Part shown: piece by piece, positions 1 through 9,002 of the stretch
How the letters are laid out: the number at the start of each line of letters is the position of its first letter
Numbering within the stretch: position 1 is the stretch's first letter
Assembly (NCBI GenBank): GCA_963796565.1
Contig: CAWCMA010000013.1
Location: forward strand, 80,493-144,492
Origin: an uncultured delta proteobacterium
GTDB lineage: Bacteria > Desulfobacterota > Binatia > Binatales > Binataceae
Reading direction: 5' to 3'
DNA: 64,000 nucleotides
The notes under the pieces: generated by a model
Databases searched by the model: none
Told to the model about the DNA's origin: nothing
The model's input: the letters and a program-made list of their open reading frames with translations, nothing else
Position numbers and translations under genes: made by a program

Positions 1-388
1 TCGTATGGTCCCCGGCGATGACGTTGTTGACCACCCGCGCCTCGATCGAGACCATCGCCTGCTTCAGCCACGGCACGCCGAGGGCGGGCGACAGTTCATA
101 TTCGATGTCCGTGAGGTTGTCGGGACGGCGCGCCCGCGACGAGTAAAAATAATCCTCCAGCGCCTTGCCTCGCGCACCCACCACGTTAAAGCCGAGCACC
201 CCCGTGCGCAGCAGTGCGGCACGCGAGAAGTGGTTGTTATCCACCGCCGCCGTGAACAGCGGCGGCTCGCCGGAGACCTGGGTCACCCACGACGAGGACA
301 TCCCGTGATGATGGCCGCCGTCGACCACCGTCAGCACGTAGATGCCGGTGGTAAGCGAAGCAAAGGCGCGTGCGAGATCGTTATCCAT
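1..388 (-). CDS. Flavin reductase-like protein (FMN-binding split-barrel), N-terminal part; the gene continues beyond the window start
   Basis: Manual translation of the minus strand from ATG at 388 gives MDNDLARAFASLTTGIYVLTVVDGGHHHGMSSSWVTQVSGEPPLFTAAVDNNHFSRAALLRTGVLGFNVVGARGKALEDYFYSSRARRPDNLTDIEYELSPALGVPWLKQAMVSIEARVVN. This matches the flavin reductase (HpaC/NADH:FMN oxidoreductase) N-terminal pattern. No stop occurs before the window edge, so it is absent from the ORF track. Confidence 0.5.
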   Translation of the reverse strand, partial: MDNDLARAFASLTTGIYVLTVVDGGHHHGMSSSWVTQVSGEPPLFTAAVDNNHFSRAALLRTGVLGFNVVGARGKALEDYFYSSRARRPDNLTDIEYELSPALGVPWLKQAMVSIEARVVNNVIAGDHT

Positions 389-502
389 CGAGACACCAGC
401 TATTGTTGCAATATTATTGGAAGACGGTCGTATCACAGGCTATTGAGAATTGACCCGGCGGCCAAGCTCTTCCACAATTATGCCGGCGGTGGGAAAGATG
501 CG

Positions 503-1636
503 ATGAAGGCTGTGTTGCGGCTGGCTTGGAGGGGAGCAACCTTCGCGGGCGCGATCGCGATGTTATACGCCGCGAACGCGCGTGCGCTGGACAATCCAGC
601 GGGCGCGGCCCCCCTCGCCTCGTCGTCGTCCGCAACCCCGACTTCGGCAACCGCTGCCTTCGCCACGCCCGCGGCGGCCCTTGCGCAGGCAGCGGCCGCT
701 GAGCCCGCCGTCTCGTCCGTCCTCAAGCCCGGCCAATGGGTAGTGCTGCCGCCGGTTCAGCCAGCGGCATCCATGCGCCCGGGCGTCGCCGCGACTCCCA
801 GCGTCGCGGCGGCTCCGATGCCCACGCCCGCCGCGGCAGTCGCGCCAGTGTCCGTTGCACCGATGGCGCCGGCAGTCGCGCCAGCGGCCGTCGCACCGGC
901 GGCGGCCACTGCTGCGAGCCCCGCCGCACCAGCGGTATCGGCCAGTGGCGCGGCGTTAAGTGCGGCCGCACCGCCAGCGGGCTCGGCGTCGCCCGCGCCT
1001 ACGCCGAGCCTGGCGGCGCTCACGCCGCCAGGTGGCGCTACGGCAACCGCGCCGCTTGACGGCGCGGTTGCCGTAGCGCCCGCCGGGACATCCACGCCGG
1101 CCGCCGGCGCGGGGGCAAAAGATCAGCCGACGCAGGGCGTGATCGCTTTGCGCAACACCAAAGATCCCTCAATTGTACAAAATCCGTATAGCTGGTCCGT
1201 GATGGTGTACAAGTCGCAGCACCGGCTTGTCGTCTATTACCAGGGGCATCTCTACAAAGAGTATCACGCGGTATTCGGGCGCAATCTCGATCCCGGGACC
1301 AAGCTATGGTCGGGCGACCGCCGGACGCCCGAAGGCGCCTATACAATCGTCGCCAAGCGGCTCAATTCGCGCTGGCGGTACTTCCTGAAGCTCGATTACC
1401 CCAACGGCGCCGATCGCGCGCGCTACGAGCAACTGGTCGAGCATGGCGAAGTGCCGCGCTTCCATGGCCACGCGATTTCCCCGGGCGACGGGATCGGAAT
1501 CCATGGCACCGACGAGCCGATCCTCAACACCGGTAACGTCAACTGGACTACCGGATGCATCTCGGTCGACAATGGCTCGATTGACGAGCTCGAAACGCTT
1601 CTGCCAGTCGGCACGCTCGTGGTAATCAAGCCCTGA
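503..1636 (+). CDS. L,D-transpeptidase (YkuD domain) with N-terminal signal peptide and a long Ala/Pro-rich linker
   Basis: An in-frame internal ATG at 503 gives MKAVLRLAWRGATFAGAIAMLYAANARA, which is signal-peptide-like. The C-terminus has the YkuD catalytic motif ...HGHAISPGDGIGIHGTDEPILNTGNVNWTTGCISV. The 5..502 part of the listed ORF reads as Arg-rich nonsense and overlaps the antisense flavin reductase. Confidence 0.7.
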   Translation: MKAVLRLAWRGATFAGAIAMLYAANARALDNPAGAAPLASSSSATPTSATAAFATPAAALAQAAAAEPAVSSVLKPGQWVVLPPVQPAASMRPGVAATPSVAAAPMPTPAAAVAPVSVAPMAPAVAPAAVAPAAATAASPAAPAVSASGAALSAAAPPAGSASPAPTPSLAALTPPGGATATAPLDGAVAVAPAGTSTPAAGAGAKDQPTQGVIALRNTKDPSIVQNPYSWSVMVYKSQHRLVVYYQGHLYKEYHAVFGRNLDPGTKLWSGDRRTPEGAYTIVAKRLNSRWRYFLKLDYPNGADRARYEQLVEHGEVPRFHGHAISPGDGIGIHGTDEPILNTGNVNWTTGCISVDNGSIDELETLLPVGTLVVIKP

Positions 1637-1691
1637 GAGCGGAGCGCGCCGCGACCCGGATGCGCCACGCGCCATACACAATCTGAGAACC

Positions 1692-2912
1692 GTGCGAGGG
1701 AGTGATGCGATGGACCCGAGTATCTCGAGTATCCCATTGACGGGTGAGTTCAACTTTACGCGCCTGGAAAAAGTGGCTTTCGGGCCGGGCAAGGCCGCGG
1801 ACCTCGGGCGCGAACTCGAGCGCCGGGGACTCAACCGCGCGCTGATCGTGACCGGCAAAACCCTGGGCAGCTCAAAACTGCTCGAGCAGGTGACCGGGGC
1901 GGCCGGCGGTCGCTTGGCGGGAGTGTTCAAGGGCGCGCGCCAGCACGTGCCCTCGCAAACCGTGACCGCGCTGGTCGAGGAGTACAAGCGCACCGGCGCG
2001 GACTGCATGGTGAGCTTTGGCGGCGGGAGCCCGATCGATACGGTGAAGGTTGCCGCCAAGCGCATCCTGGAGGGCTCGAGCCCCGGCGCCGCGGCCGCGC
2101 ATACCATCGACTTCGAGGCGACCGAGGTGGCGGGCGGGCCCGACCTGATCCACATCGCGATGCCGACCACGCTCTCGGCCGGCGAGTTCACGCCGATCGG
2201 CGGCGTCACCGACGAGTCGAGCAACGTCAAGGGCGGCGTGGTCGATCCGCGCCTGGCGCCGCGCACCATCATTCTCGACCCCGAACTGACGGTCGAAACC
2301 CCGGCCTGGCTCTGGACCGCGACCGGAATGCGCGCGATGGATCATGCGGTCGAGGTTATCTACTCGTCGCGCCATCAGTTGATCGTCGACACGCTGGCGG
2401 CGCGCGCGATCTCGTTGCTGGTCAATCATCTGCCGGCCTCGCTCAAGACCACCGGCGCCGAGTCGGTGGCCCATCGCGGACAATGCCAGCTCGCGGCTTG
2501 GTTTTCGATCTTCGGCATCATGAGCACGCGCGTCGGCATCTCGCACGCGCTGGGCCATCAGATCGGCCCGATGTGGGACGTGCCGCACGGCGTCACCTCG
2601 TGCATCACGTTGCCGCACGTAATGCGGTTCATGGCGGACGTCGCGCCGGAGCGCTTCGGACCGATCGCCGAGGGACTGGGCGTGCGCTTCGAGGAGCGCA
2701 ATGCGCGGGCGGCCGCGATGGAATGCGCGGAGCGGATGGCGAAGTTCATCGCGCAGTTCGAGGTTCCGCACCGGCTGCGCGACGCCGGCGTGCCGCGCGA
2801 AGAGATCGGCACGATCGCGGCCACGGTGCTTGACGAGGTCGAGCGCGCGGACACGGTCGGGCGTCCGGTGACGCGCGAGAACCTGGTCCAACTGCTGGAG
2901 GCGGCATACTAG
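1692..2912 (+). CDS. Iron-containing alcohol dehydrogenase family protein (Fe-ADH / maleylacetate reductase-like)
   Basis: Fe-ADH glycine motif GGGSPIDTVK, and His-rich metal site HALGHQIGPMWDVPHGVTS. The length of 406 aa is typical. The start may instead be the internal MDPS at 1710. Confidence 0.8.
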   Translation: MRGSDAMDPSISSIPLTGEFNFTRLEKVAFGPGKAADLGRELERRGLNRALIVTGKTLGSSKLLEQVTGAAGGRLAGVFKGARQHVPSQTVTALVEEYKRTGADCMVSFGGGSPIDTVKVAAKRILEGSSPGAAAAHTIDFEATEVAGGPDLIHIAMPTTLSAGEFTPIGGVTDESSNVKGGVVDPRLAPRTIILDPELTVETPAWLWTATGMRAMDHAVEVIYSSRHQLIVDTLAARAISLLVNHLPASLKTTGAESVAHRGQCQLAAWFSIFGIMSTRVGISHALGHQIGPMWDVPHGVTSCITLPHVMRFMADVAPERFGPIAEGLGVRFEERNARAAAMECAERMAKFIAQFEVPHRLRDAGVPREEIGTIAATVLDEVERADTVGRPVTRENLVQLLEAAY

Positions 2913-2922
2913 CGACCGCGAA

Positions 2923-2948
2923 AGATTACCGCGAAAGATTACGAGGAC
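2923..2948. repeat. Perfect tandem duplication of the 13-nt unit cgcgaaagattac, immediately after the Fe-ADH stop
   Basis: The sequence reads gaccgcgaaagattaccgcgaaagattacgagg. Confidence 0.6.
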
Positions 2949-3221
2949 AGCCACGCGGAGAGGCGGCTCGATCACTAGCGAGCAGAACCGTCCAAGCGAC
3001 AAGCGGATCTGGCACCGTTGGTCAACGGCGCATGGACACTCAGAAGCTGCACGATCTGATGTCTTGCCGATGTCTTGGAGCGCCTGAGAAGCGCGCGGGA
3101 AAGGAAGCTTCGGTGTTCTGGTCCGTTTGCAGCTTTTTGCCCGTCGCCCCCTCGTGAACTTCCAACAGCTGTTTCGCCAAGGCGTCTCCCAACGGAACTT
3201 CCAGTTCAGTGATATCTGTCT

Positions 3222-3990
3222 GTGTTGCAGCGAGAAATGTTCGGCCCATTACGACGGGGTGGCATCGGGGGGTCAAATGGAAATCCCGGATTACTGCGTT
3301 CGGGCGGCTGCAGCACGAAAACTCATACGCTCTCATCGTTCGTTCTTCTGCTGCTCGCAGCCCTGGTTTTCATAGGAAGCTACAGCCTGGTTCGTCTCAA
3401 CCCGGACCCGGAAATTGCGCCCTCGGCGCGCATAGACCGGGCCTGGAGCCCACCCGTGTCGGTCACCGTTGCCAACGTGACTCCAGAAAAAGTTCAGCAG
3501 CTGCGGCAGACGGGACCACCGCTGAGCCCCGTCCCGCAGACATATAACCTGCCCGCGCTCGTCGATCTTGCCCTTAAAACAAATCCTCAGACACGGCGAG
3601 CATGGTACGCCGCGCAGTCCGCCAACGCGCAGCTCGGTCAAGCGCAAGCTTCGGACTACCCGACAGTCGCCGCCGATGCCGACGGCGGGTATCTCAAACT
3701 TCCGATTCAGTTTCCCGGGCAGACCCTTCTCATCCGCAACGAGGCGTTCCTGCCGCAGATCAAAGTCAGCTACGATCTGCTGCGCTCAGGAAAAGACCGG
3801 ATGTCGCAGCGCAGATTGCTGCCGTCCTCGCCGGCCAGGGCGCGCGTGTCGCGGCCCCGATGGACTCGTCCGCTGGGCCGAATTCTAAGCGGCGCTCTGG
3901 TGTTGATGGTCGCTCCGTTCTCTTGGAACAATCCCCATCCGATGCCTTGGACCTCGCCCTCGAAGTGCTGGCCCGGATAACTCAGTAGCG
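3222..3990 (+). pseudogene. Outer membrane efflux protein (TolC/OMF family) fragment, frameshifted and truncated
   Basis: Signal-like SSFVLLLLAALVFIGSYSLV is followed by the OMF N-terminal pattern LPALVDLALKTNPQTRRAWYAAQSANAQLGQAQASDYPTVAADADGGY. The reading continues in a second frame (3602..3988, ...PDVAAQIAAVLAGQ...ALDLALEVLARITQ) after a shift near 3790. Total length is about 250 aa against roughly 450 aa for intact OMFs. Local GC is lower than the flanks. Confidence 0.45.
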
Positions 3991-4356
3991 ACACATCCGC
4001 TCGCACTGGACACGTCGATCTGGCCTTCGCCGCCGGAGCCACGCTTGCTCGAGTCAATCGCGGCACAACTCGAACACACACGTGCCCGCTTCGAAGTTCT
4101 GGGCCAGCGCTATCTCGATCCGTTGGCCGCTCCGCTCCCTGCCCCGCTGGCCACACCAACGCTCGCGTTGAATCTCATGCTCCTGAAGTCAGTCGAAACT
4201 CAAGTGAAGCCTGGGCCGGAGCATCTTGTTGCCCTATTGGATGCAGTTTTGGCTGCGGAGCATGTTTACCTGGAAGTGGAACGGCTCGCGGTGCTGGCCG
4301 AGGAACCTGTATAGGACCAGACCAGACAGAACCATCGCCAACAGATTGAAGCCGCT

Positions 4357-5715
4357 TTGCGGGCAATTGACGAGGCTTTCACTGGAAGGGCGGCCGACCT
4401 TATTGCGGGCCTCCCTGACCATTCACCCGAACGTATTGGAATTCTGACCGGTACGATCCGCGAACTGAGTGATTTGCCTGCGCACTTATCGCTGACCGAG
4501 CAGTCGTCGGGCGCGGAAGTATCAAATCTGCTGGGATTCCTCGGCGGACTCGAGACCATAGCGGGCCTCCTTGAGCCACGAGACCGGCGGTTGGACTCGC
4601 CAATTGCAGAAGTGCCAGCGACGGAGGATGACTCCGAGCCGCGTCTACTTATCGAACCGACGAAGTTCCGCTTCAGTGTTAAGCTCGGAGCCGCGATCAC
4701 GTTAGGGCTCCTCGTCGGGCTTACCACGCAGCGCGCCTCTCTCCAGACGATTCTTTGGAGCATCGGGGTCGTAGGCCAACCCAACCAATATGGCGCCGTG
4801 GTAAGAAAGACCCTGCTGCGGCTTGCAGGGTGCGTTATAGGGGGGCTGGCCGCGCTCGCGGCGATGATCGTCGTCTCAGAGAACTTCAACTCGCTTCCGG
4901 CGTATCTAGTCGTGATATTTGCGGTTGCAATGTTTGCGACTTACGTGGCTCAAAGCGATGAATGGCTCGGCTATGCCGGTATCCAGACCGGTATTACGTT
5001 CCTGATCTGCTACGTCGGACTCGGGCCGTCGAGTGACATTTATGAGCCCCTGTGGCGCTTCTGGGGAATAGTGCTCGGTGTGCTCACCGCCGGGTTTGTC
5101 TTTCTGCTGATATCGCCCGAGTATGCGAGCGACAAAGTAGTCGACGCGCTCGATAAATTGATCCGAAGAACACTGGGCTTCGGAAAAGAGGTCGCCGAAC
5201 GCAAGGTAACTGATGAGCGGATAGTTGCTACCGAGCGCCGCTTGAGCACAGGTCTTCTGGAACTTCTCACGATGGCCGACCAGGCGCGCCTTGAGGGTCG
5301 TCGAGCTACCGCCAACTCCTTCGCGGCCATCGAGGCGGCCGTCACCCTTGTCCGAATAGCATACCGATTTCGAATCATTGCTCGGGGGCGACTGTCGGGT
5401 TCGGAAGCTCTTCTGCCGAAGACGCTCTTGGACCGCGGCACCGCCATCGAAGAGTTATATTGTTTCGTCTTGGCGGACCAGCTTCAAAAATTCGAACCAA
5501 CCGAGACATCTGAACAGCCCGGCCTGCTTTGCGCAGCGCCACCGCCGACGGATCTGAACTCGATGGTCGACGAATTTGCCAACGCCGCAGTGCTGGAAGC
5601 CGGATCCTGGCCGGCGGATGCCCGGAGCTCTTTCGTTGCCCAACTTGAGTCCTACCGCCGCCTATCGATCCTCCTAACCAGTCTCGATGCACAACTCTCG
5701 AAGATTTCCGCTTAG
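4357..5715 (+). CDS. FUSC-family (fusaric-acid-resistance / aromatic acid exporter-like) inner membrane protein, possibly only the C-terminal half of an ancestral gene
   Basis: A multi-helix hydrophobic block (FSVKLGAAITLGLLVGL..., CVIGGLAALAAMIVV..., YLVVIFAVAMFATYV..., FLICYVGLG..., WGIVLGVLTAGFVFLLISPEY) is followed by a long cytoplasmic coiled region. This is typical of the second repeat of FUSC/ArAE proteins. The upstream frames 4045..4447 are broken. Confidence 0.55.
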   Translation: MRAIDEAFTGRAADLIAGLPDHSPERIGILTGTIRELSDLPAHLSLTEQSSGAEVSNLLGFLGGLETIAGLLEPRDRRLDSPIAEVPATEDDSEPRLLIEPTKFRFSVKLGAAITLGLLVGLTTQRASLQTILWSIGVVGQPNQYGAVVRKTLLRLAGCVIGGLAALAAMIVVSENFNSLPAYLVVIFAVAMFATYVAQSDEWLGYAGIQTGITFLICYVGLGPSSDIYEPLWRFWGIVLGVLTAGFVFLLISPEYASDKVVDALDKLIRRTLGFGKEVAERKVTDERIVATERRLSTGLLELLTMADQARLEGRRATANSFAAIEAAVTLVRIAYRFRIIARGRLSGSEALLPKTLLDRGTAIEELYCFVLADQLQKFEPTETSEQPGLLCAAPPPTDLNSMVDEFANAAVLEAGSWPADARSSFVAQLESYRRLSILLTSLDAQLSKISA

Positions 5716-5795
5716 TGGGTGCCGACACAGAAAGGTGCACCACCCAGAGCCGAAGGGGAGGCAGACCCGGTTTGAACTCCCTCCGCCGGTTCTCG

Positions 5796-7292
5796 CTAAT
5801 CCCCGGCGGCGGCGGAGCGCGCGGACTCCGCGGCGCGGAGCGCACGCCGATGCAAGTAGATATAGACCGGCACGCCGCTTACCACGATCAACAATCCGCC
5901 CCACGTGTAGCGTGGTTTGACCACCAGCAGATCGGCCATCAATGCCACCGCGGCCACGATGTAGGCCGCCGGCAGCCATGGATAGCCCCACGCGCGGTAT
6001 GGGCGCGTCGCCTCGGGGCGCCGCATACGCATCACGAACACCGCGCCAACCGTGATTACATAGAACATAAGCTGCGCGAAGATTACGTAGTCGAGCAGTT
6101 CCGAATAAGTGCCCGAGAGCGTCAGCACCGCCGCCCACACCGATTGCATCACCAGCGCCGCGGCGGGAACGCGGGCGCGGTTGAGGCGGCCCGCGGCGGC
6201 GAAGAACACGCCGTCGTGCGCCATCGCATAGAGCACGCGCGCGCCGGTCAGGATGAGTCCATTGGCGCATCCGAAGGTCGAGAGCATCACCAGCACGGCG
6301 GTGATGACGCCGCCCACGCTGCCCCACACCATCTGCATCGCCGCGGCCGCGACGCGGTCGTGCGACGCGCCCGCGATACCGAGCGCGAAGACCTGATGCC
6401 TGAGCGCGTCGGCGCCGGGGCCGAGCCCGGCTCCGGAAGTTGCAACGACAGGGAGCTGGCAAAGATAGGCGACGTTGGTCAGGACGTAGAGCAGGATCAC
6501 GACGCCGGTGCCGAGCGCGAGCGCGCGCGGCAGGTCGCGTTTGGGGTTGCGAATCTCGGCCGCGGTAAAGGTGACGGTCGCCCAGGCGTCGGCGGCGAAC
6601 AGCGACCCGACCATCGCGGCGCCGAAGGCGGCGAGGAAACCCATCGACCATTGCCCGGAGCCGAAAAATCCGCCGCCGAAGTTGATCTCGACGGCGCTAT
6701 GGTTAGGCGCAACGATACATCCGAGCAGGATTATCAGTCCCAGCGAAAGTAGCTTGGCGCTGGTGAAAAAATTCTGCACCGCGCGGCCCAGGTCGAGCCC
6801 GCGCAGGTTGACGAAGGTGAGGAATGCGATTACCGCGATCGCGCCCGCGCGCTCCGCATTGAGCCCCAGACCTTGCCATCCAAACCACATCGGGCCGCCC
6901 AGCGCCGGCCACAGCACCGCGCCGAAGCGCGCGAAAGCGACGGCGACCGCCGCGATGGTGCCGGTCTGGATCACCAGCAACAGGGTCCAGCCGAACAGGA
7001 ACGCCGGCATCCCGCCATAGGCCTCGCGCAGGTAAACGTACTGGCCACCCGCATGCGGCATCATCGCCGCCAGTTCGCCATAGGCTAGTGCGCCGGCGAT
7101 GGTCATCAGGCCGGCGGCGATCCATACCGCGAGCAGCGCGGCGGGCGAGCCCACGTGGCGCGCAATATCGGCCGAGACGATGAAGATGGCCGAGCCGATC
7201 ATCGAACCGGCGACGATCGTTATCGAATCGAACAGCGAAAGTTCCGCCTTCAGTCCGATGGAGCCCGCCGCATCCGCCGCCGCCTCGGCCAT
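5796..7292 (-). CDS. APC-family amino acid permease
   Basis: 498 aa with 12 predicted TM helices. The N-terminal SITIVAGSMIGSAIF...GELAAMMPHAGGQYVYLREAYG matches the APC consensus. Confidence 0.85.
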   Translation of the reverse strand: MAEAAADAAGSIGLKAELSLFDSITIVAGSMIGSAIFIVSADIARHVGSPAALLAVWIAAGLMTIAGALAYGELAAMMPHAGGQYVYLREAYGGMPAFLFGWTLLLVIQTGTIAAVAVAFARFGAVLWPALGGPMWFGWQGLGLNAERAGAIAVIAFLTFVNLRGLDLGRAVQNFFTSAKLLSLGLIILLGCIVAPNHSAVEINFGGGFFGSGQWSMGFLAAFGAAMVGSLFAADAWATVTFTAAEIRNPKRDLPRALALGTGVVILLYVLTNVAYLCQLPVVATSGAGLGPGADALRHQVFALGIAGASHDRVAAAAMQMVWGSVGGVITAVLVMLSTFGCANGLILTGARVLYAMAHDGVFFAAAGRLNRARVPAAALVMQSVWAAVLTLSGTYSELLDYVIFAQLMFYVITVGAVFVMRMRRPEATRPYRAWGYPWLPAAYIVAAVALMADLLVVKPRYTWGGLLIVVSGVPVYIYLHRRALRAAESARSAAAGD

Positions 7293-7464
7293 GGCTATCC
7301 CTCCCGGCTTTGCGATGGACGCGGACGTGCCATCCGACCCTCCGCTCCCTCCATCGCCATCGCTGTCATTGATTTAATCCGCTCGTTGATTTAATCCGAA
7401 AATCGGACTTAGCTCACCATCAGAGCGGCGCTGGAAAATCCCACAACAGGGGGAGAGTCACACG

Positions 7465-8058
7465 ATGGCGGCAAAGAAGCGAGTATCGAATGCGCGCAAA
7501 GGTGCCACGTCCAGACCGGTCAAATCCGGCAAATCGGCCAAGCCAGTCAAGTCAGTCAAGACAGGCAAAATGGCCAAGTCCGCCAAGCCGGCCGCGCCGG
7601 GCCGGATAGCTCAGCTCGAGGCGATGGTAGGTAAGCTGCGTGCCAGTCTGGTAGCCGAGGCGCAGCGGCGCAAGCTCGACCAACGTGTCGTGGCCGAGGC
7701 CAAGCGCGCTCGCGACGCGGTGGCCAAACAGCTGTCGGCGTTGCGCGCGGAGGGCCTGAAGCTCACGGCGCAGATCAAGCGTGCGGCGCAGGAAAACCAC
7801 ACGCTGGAACAGGCGCGGCGAACGGCGTCGGCCAAGGTCGAAGAGTTGCGCGCCGAACTACACGAAAAAGGCGAAGAGGTGCGTCGCACCTCGGCCGAGC
7901 TGGCGAAGCTGGCACGCGAGTCGGCCACGCGCGCGCGGGAGATCGTGCATAGCCGCGGCCTCGGGCTGGAGCCGCATCACGACCCCGACCTGGAAAGCAT
8001 GCACGACGATGACCCGTTCGCAGACGATCCGTTCTCCGGCGAAAAGCCTCCGCTCTAG
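7465..8058 (+). CDS. Lys-rich (histone H1-like tail) coiled-coil protein with acidic C-terminus
   Basis: The N-terminus carries AKKRVSNARKGATSRPVKSGKSAKPVKSVKTGKMAKSAKPAAPG (KxxK/PVK repeats). The centre is heptad-like and Ala/Arg/Glu/Lys-rich. The C-terminus is DPDLESMHDDDPFADDPF. No catalytic motif is present. Confidence 0.5.
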   Translation: MAAKKRVSNARKGATSRPVKSGKSAKPVKSVKTGKMAKSAKPAAPGRIAQLEAMVGKLRASLVAEAQRRKLDQRVVAEAKRARDAVAKQLSALRAEGLKLTAQIKRAAQENHTLEQARRTASAKVEELRAELHEKGEEVRRTSAELAKLARESATRAREIVHSRGLGLEPHHDPDLESMHDDDPFADDPFSGEKPPL

Positions 8059-8136
8059 CCGGGGGTCGCATTCAGCCGGTCGAACTGACCGGCGCGCAAG
8101 CGCGCGCCCGGCGGGAAAAGCTTAGACTGCCCGTCG

Positions 8137-8167
8137 GCTGCGCGCCGGCCCTGAAGCCCGGCGCGCA
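8137..8167. terminator. GC-rich hairpin (11-bp perfect stem ctgcgcgccgg/ccggcgcgcag, 9-nt loop) between convergent genes
   Basis: Read directly from the sequence. It lies 80 nt after the stop of 7465..8058 and 45 nt after the stop of the minus-strand lipoprotein gene. There is no U-tract. Confidence 0.4.
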
Positions 8168-8212
8168 GCGACGTCAGAAAATCAGAAATGGAGAGCTTGC
8201 CTTGGGAGCGCC

Positions 8213-8410
8213 TTACTGAGCTGCCGCGGGAGAAGCCATAGGGCTCGCTTCCATCGCACCGCCGCTCGGAGCCGCTTCACCACCGGCCGCCGGGCTGGCC
8301 TCGACGGAGGCGGCAGGGGCGGGACTCTCGGGCGCGGTCTCTTCGCTCTTCTGACACGCCATCGCGGAAAAGAACATCGGGATCAACGCCAGAACCAGAT
8401 ATTTACGCAT
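8213..8410 (-). CDS. Small putative lipoprotein
   Basis: MRKYLVLALIPMFFSAMAC: a signal peptide ending in a lipobox-like AMAC. The mature part is Ala/Pro/Glu-rich. Confidence 0.45.
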   Translation of the reverse strand: MRKYLVLALIPMFFSAMACQKSEETAPESPAPAASVEASPAAGGEAAPSGGAMEASPMASPAAAQ

Positions 8411-8583
8411 CGCAACCTCCTTGATTTCGGAAACCCCGGCTCAAGTTACTTCGGTAACCTTGTTTAGTTCAAGCTCGTCCACAGTCGCGACACGCGGTTT
8501 GTGAGAAAATCGAGCGTGAATTTTTGCGTGTCACTGCAACAGTATGTATTATTGCGGCGGAGATTGCATAGGAGGACGGATTT

Positions 8584-8817
8584 GTGGCAGAGCGTCGTCG
8601 CTTTAGCATCTCGGCGGGTATGCTCGTATCCGCAGGGGCGGGGCAGGTGGTCGAGCACGACATGGATATGAAACGCGCCCGGCCGCAGGAATCCGCGGTC
8701 ACCTCGCGCCTGGGCGAACTGATGCGATGGTTGATGCCTCACAGGCGCCCGATCGGATCGCCGATGCGCTCGGTGGCGCGCGAAATTGAAGAATTGTGGC
8801 CGTCGCGCGATCGTTAG
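8584..8817 (+). CDS. Small hypothetical protein (77 aa), GTG start
   Basis: A strong SD (taggagga) lies 6-7 nt upstream of GTG at 8584. The stop is followed by the hairpin ctacgcg...cgcgtag at 8825-8846. No recognisable domain is present. Confidence 0.3.
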   Translation: MAERRRFSISAGMLVSAGAGQVVEHDMDMKRARPQESAVTSRLGELMRWLMPHRRPIGSPMRSVAREIEELWPSRDR

Positions 8818-9002
8818 ACGAAGACTACGCGGCTTCGCGCGCGTAGATCATTACTAGCAACGCGTAGATCGTTCCCGGAAAGGGATCCGCTGCGTACAAC
8901 CGCGGCGCGCGGGCGAATTCGCAGGACAACTTTGGATGGCCACTTAGGAGGCCGGCTTCGGAGGATTGCTTCGGAGCAGGATTACTTAGGAGGACCACTT
9001 CG

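Noticed and set aside
5-502. 5' part of the listed + ORF 5..1636 (MVPGDDVVDHPRLDRDHRLL...)
   Set aside because: Arg/His-rich nonsense. The opposite strand encodes a convincing flavin reductase N-terminus, and the transpeptidase has a proper signal peptide from the internal ATG at 503.
1304-3002. Long minus-strand ORFs (1304..2272, 1872..3002) antisense to the L,D-transpeptidase and Fe-ADH genes. Many similar cases exist, e.g. 5674..6651-, 5715..6752+, 9548..10405-, 13215..14510-, 15793..16500-, 27642..28877-, 35228..36685-, 37651..39579-.
   Set aside because: Arg/Ala/Gly-rich translations with no motifs. They lie antisense to genes with clear homology. They are expected shadow ORFs in ~67% GC DNA.
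3040-3336. 98-aa minus-strand ORF in the degraded region
   Set aside because: No homology is recognisable. It overlaps the OMF fragment start and has poor codon periodicity.
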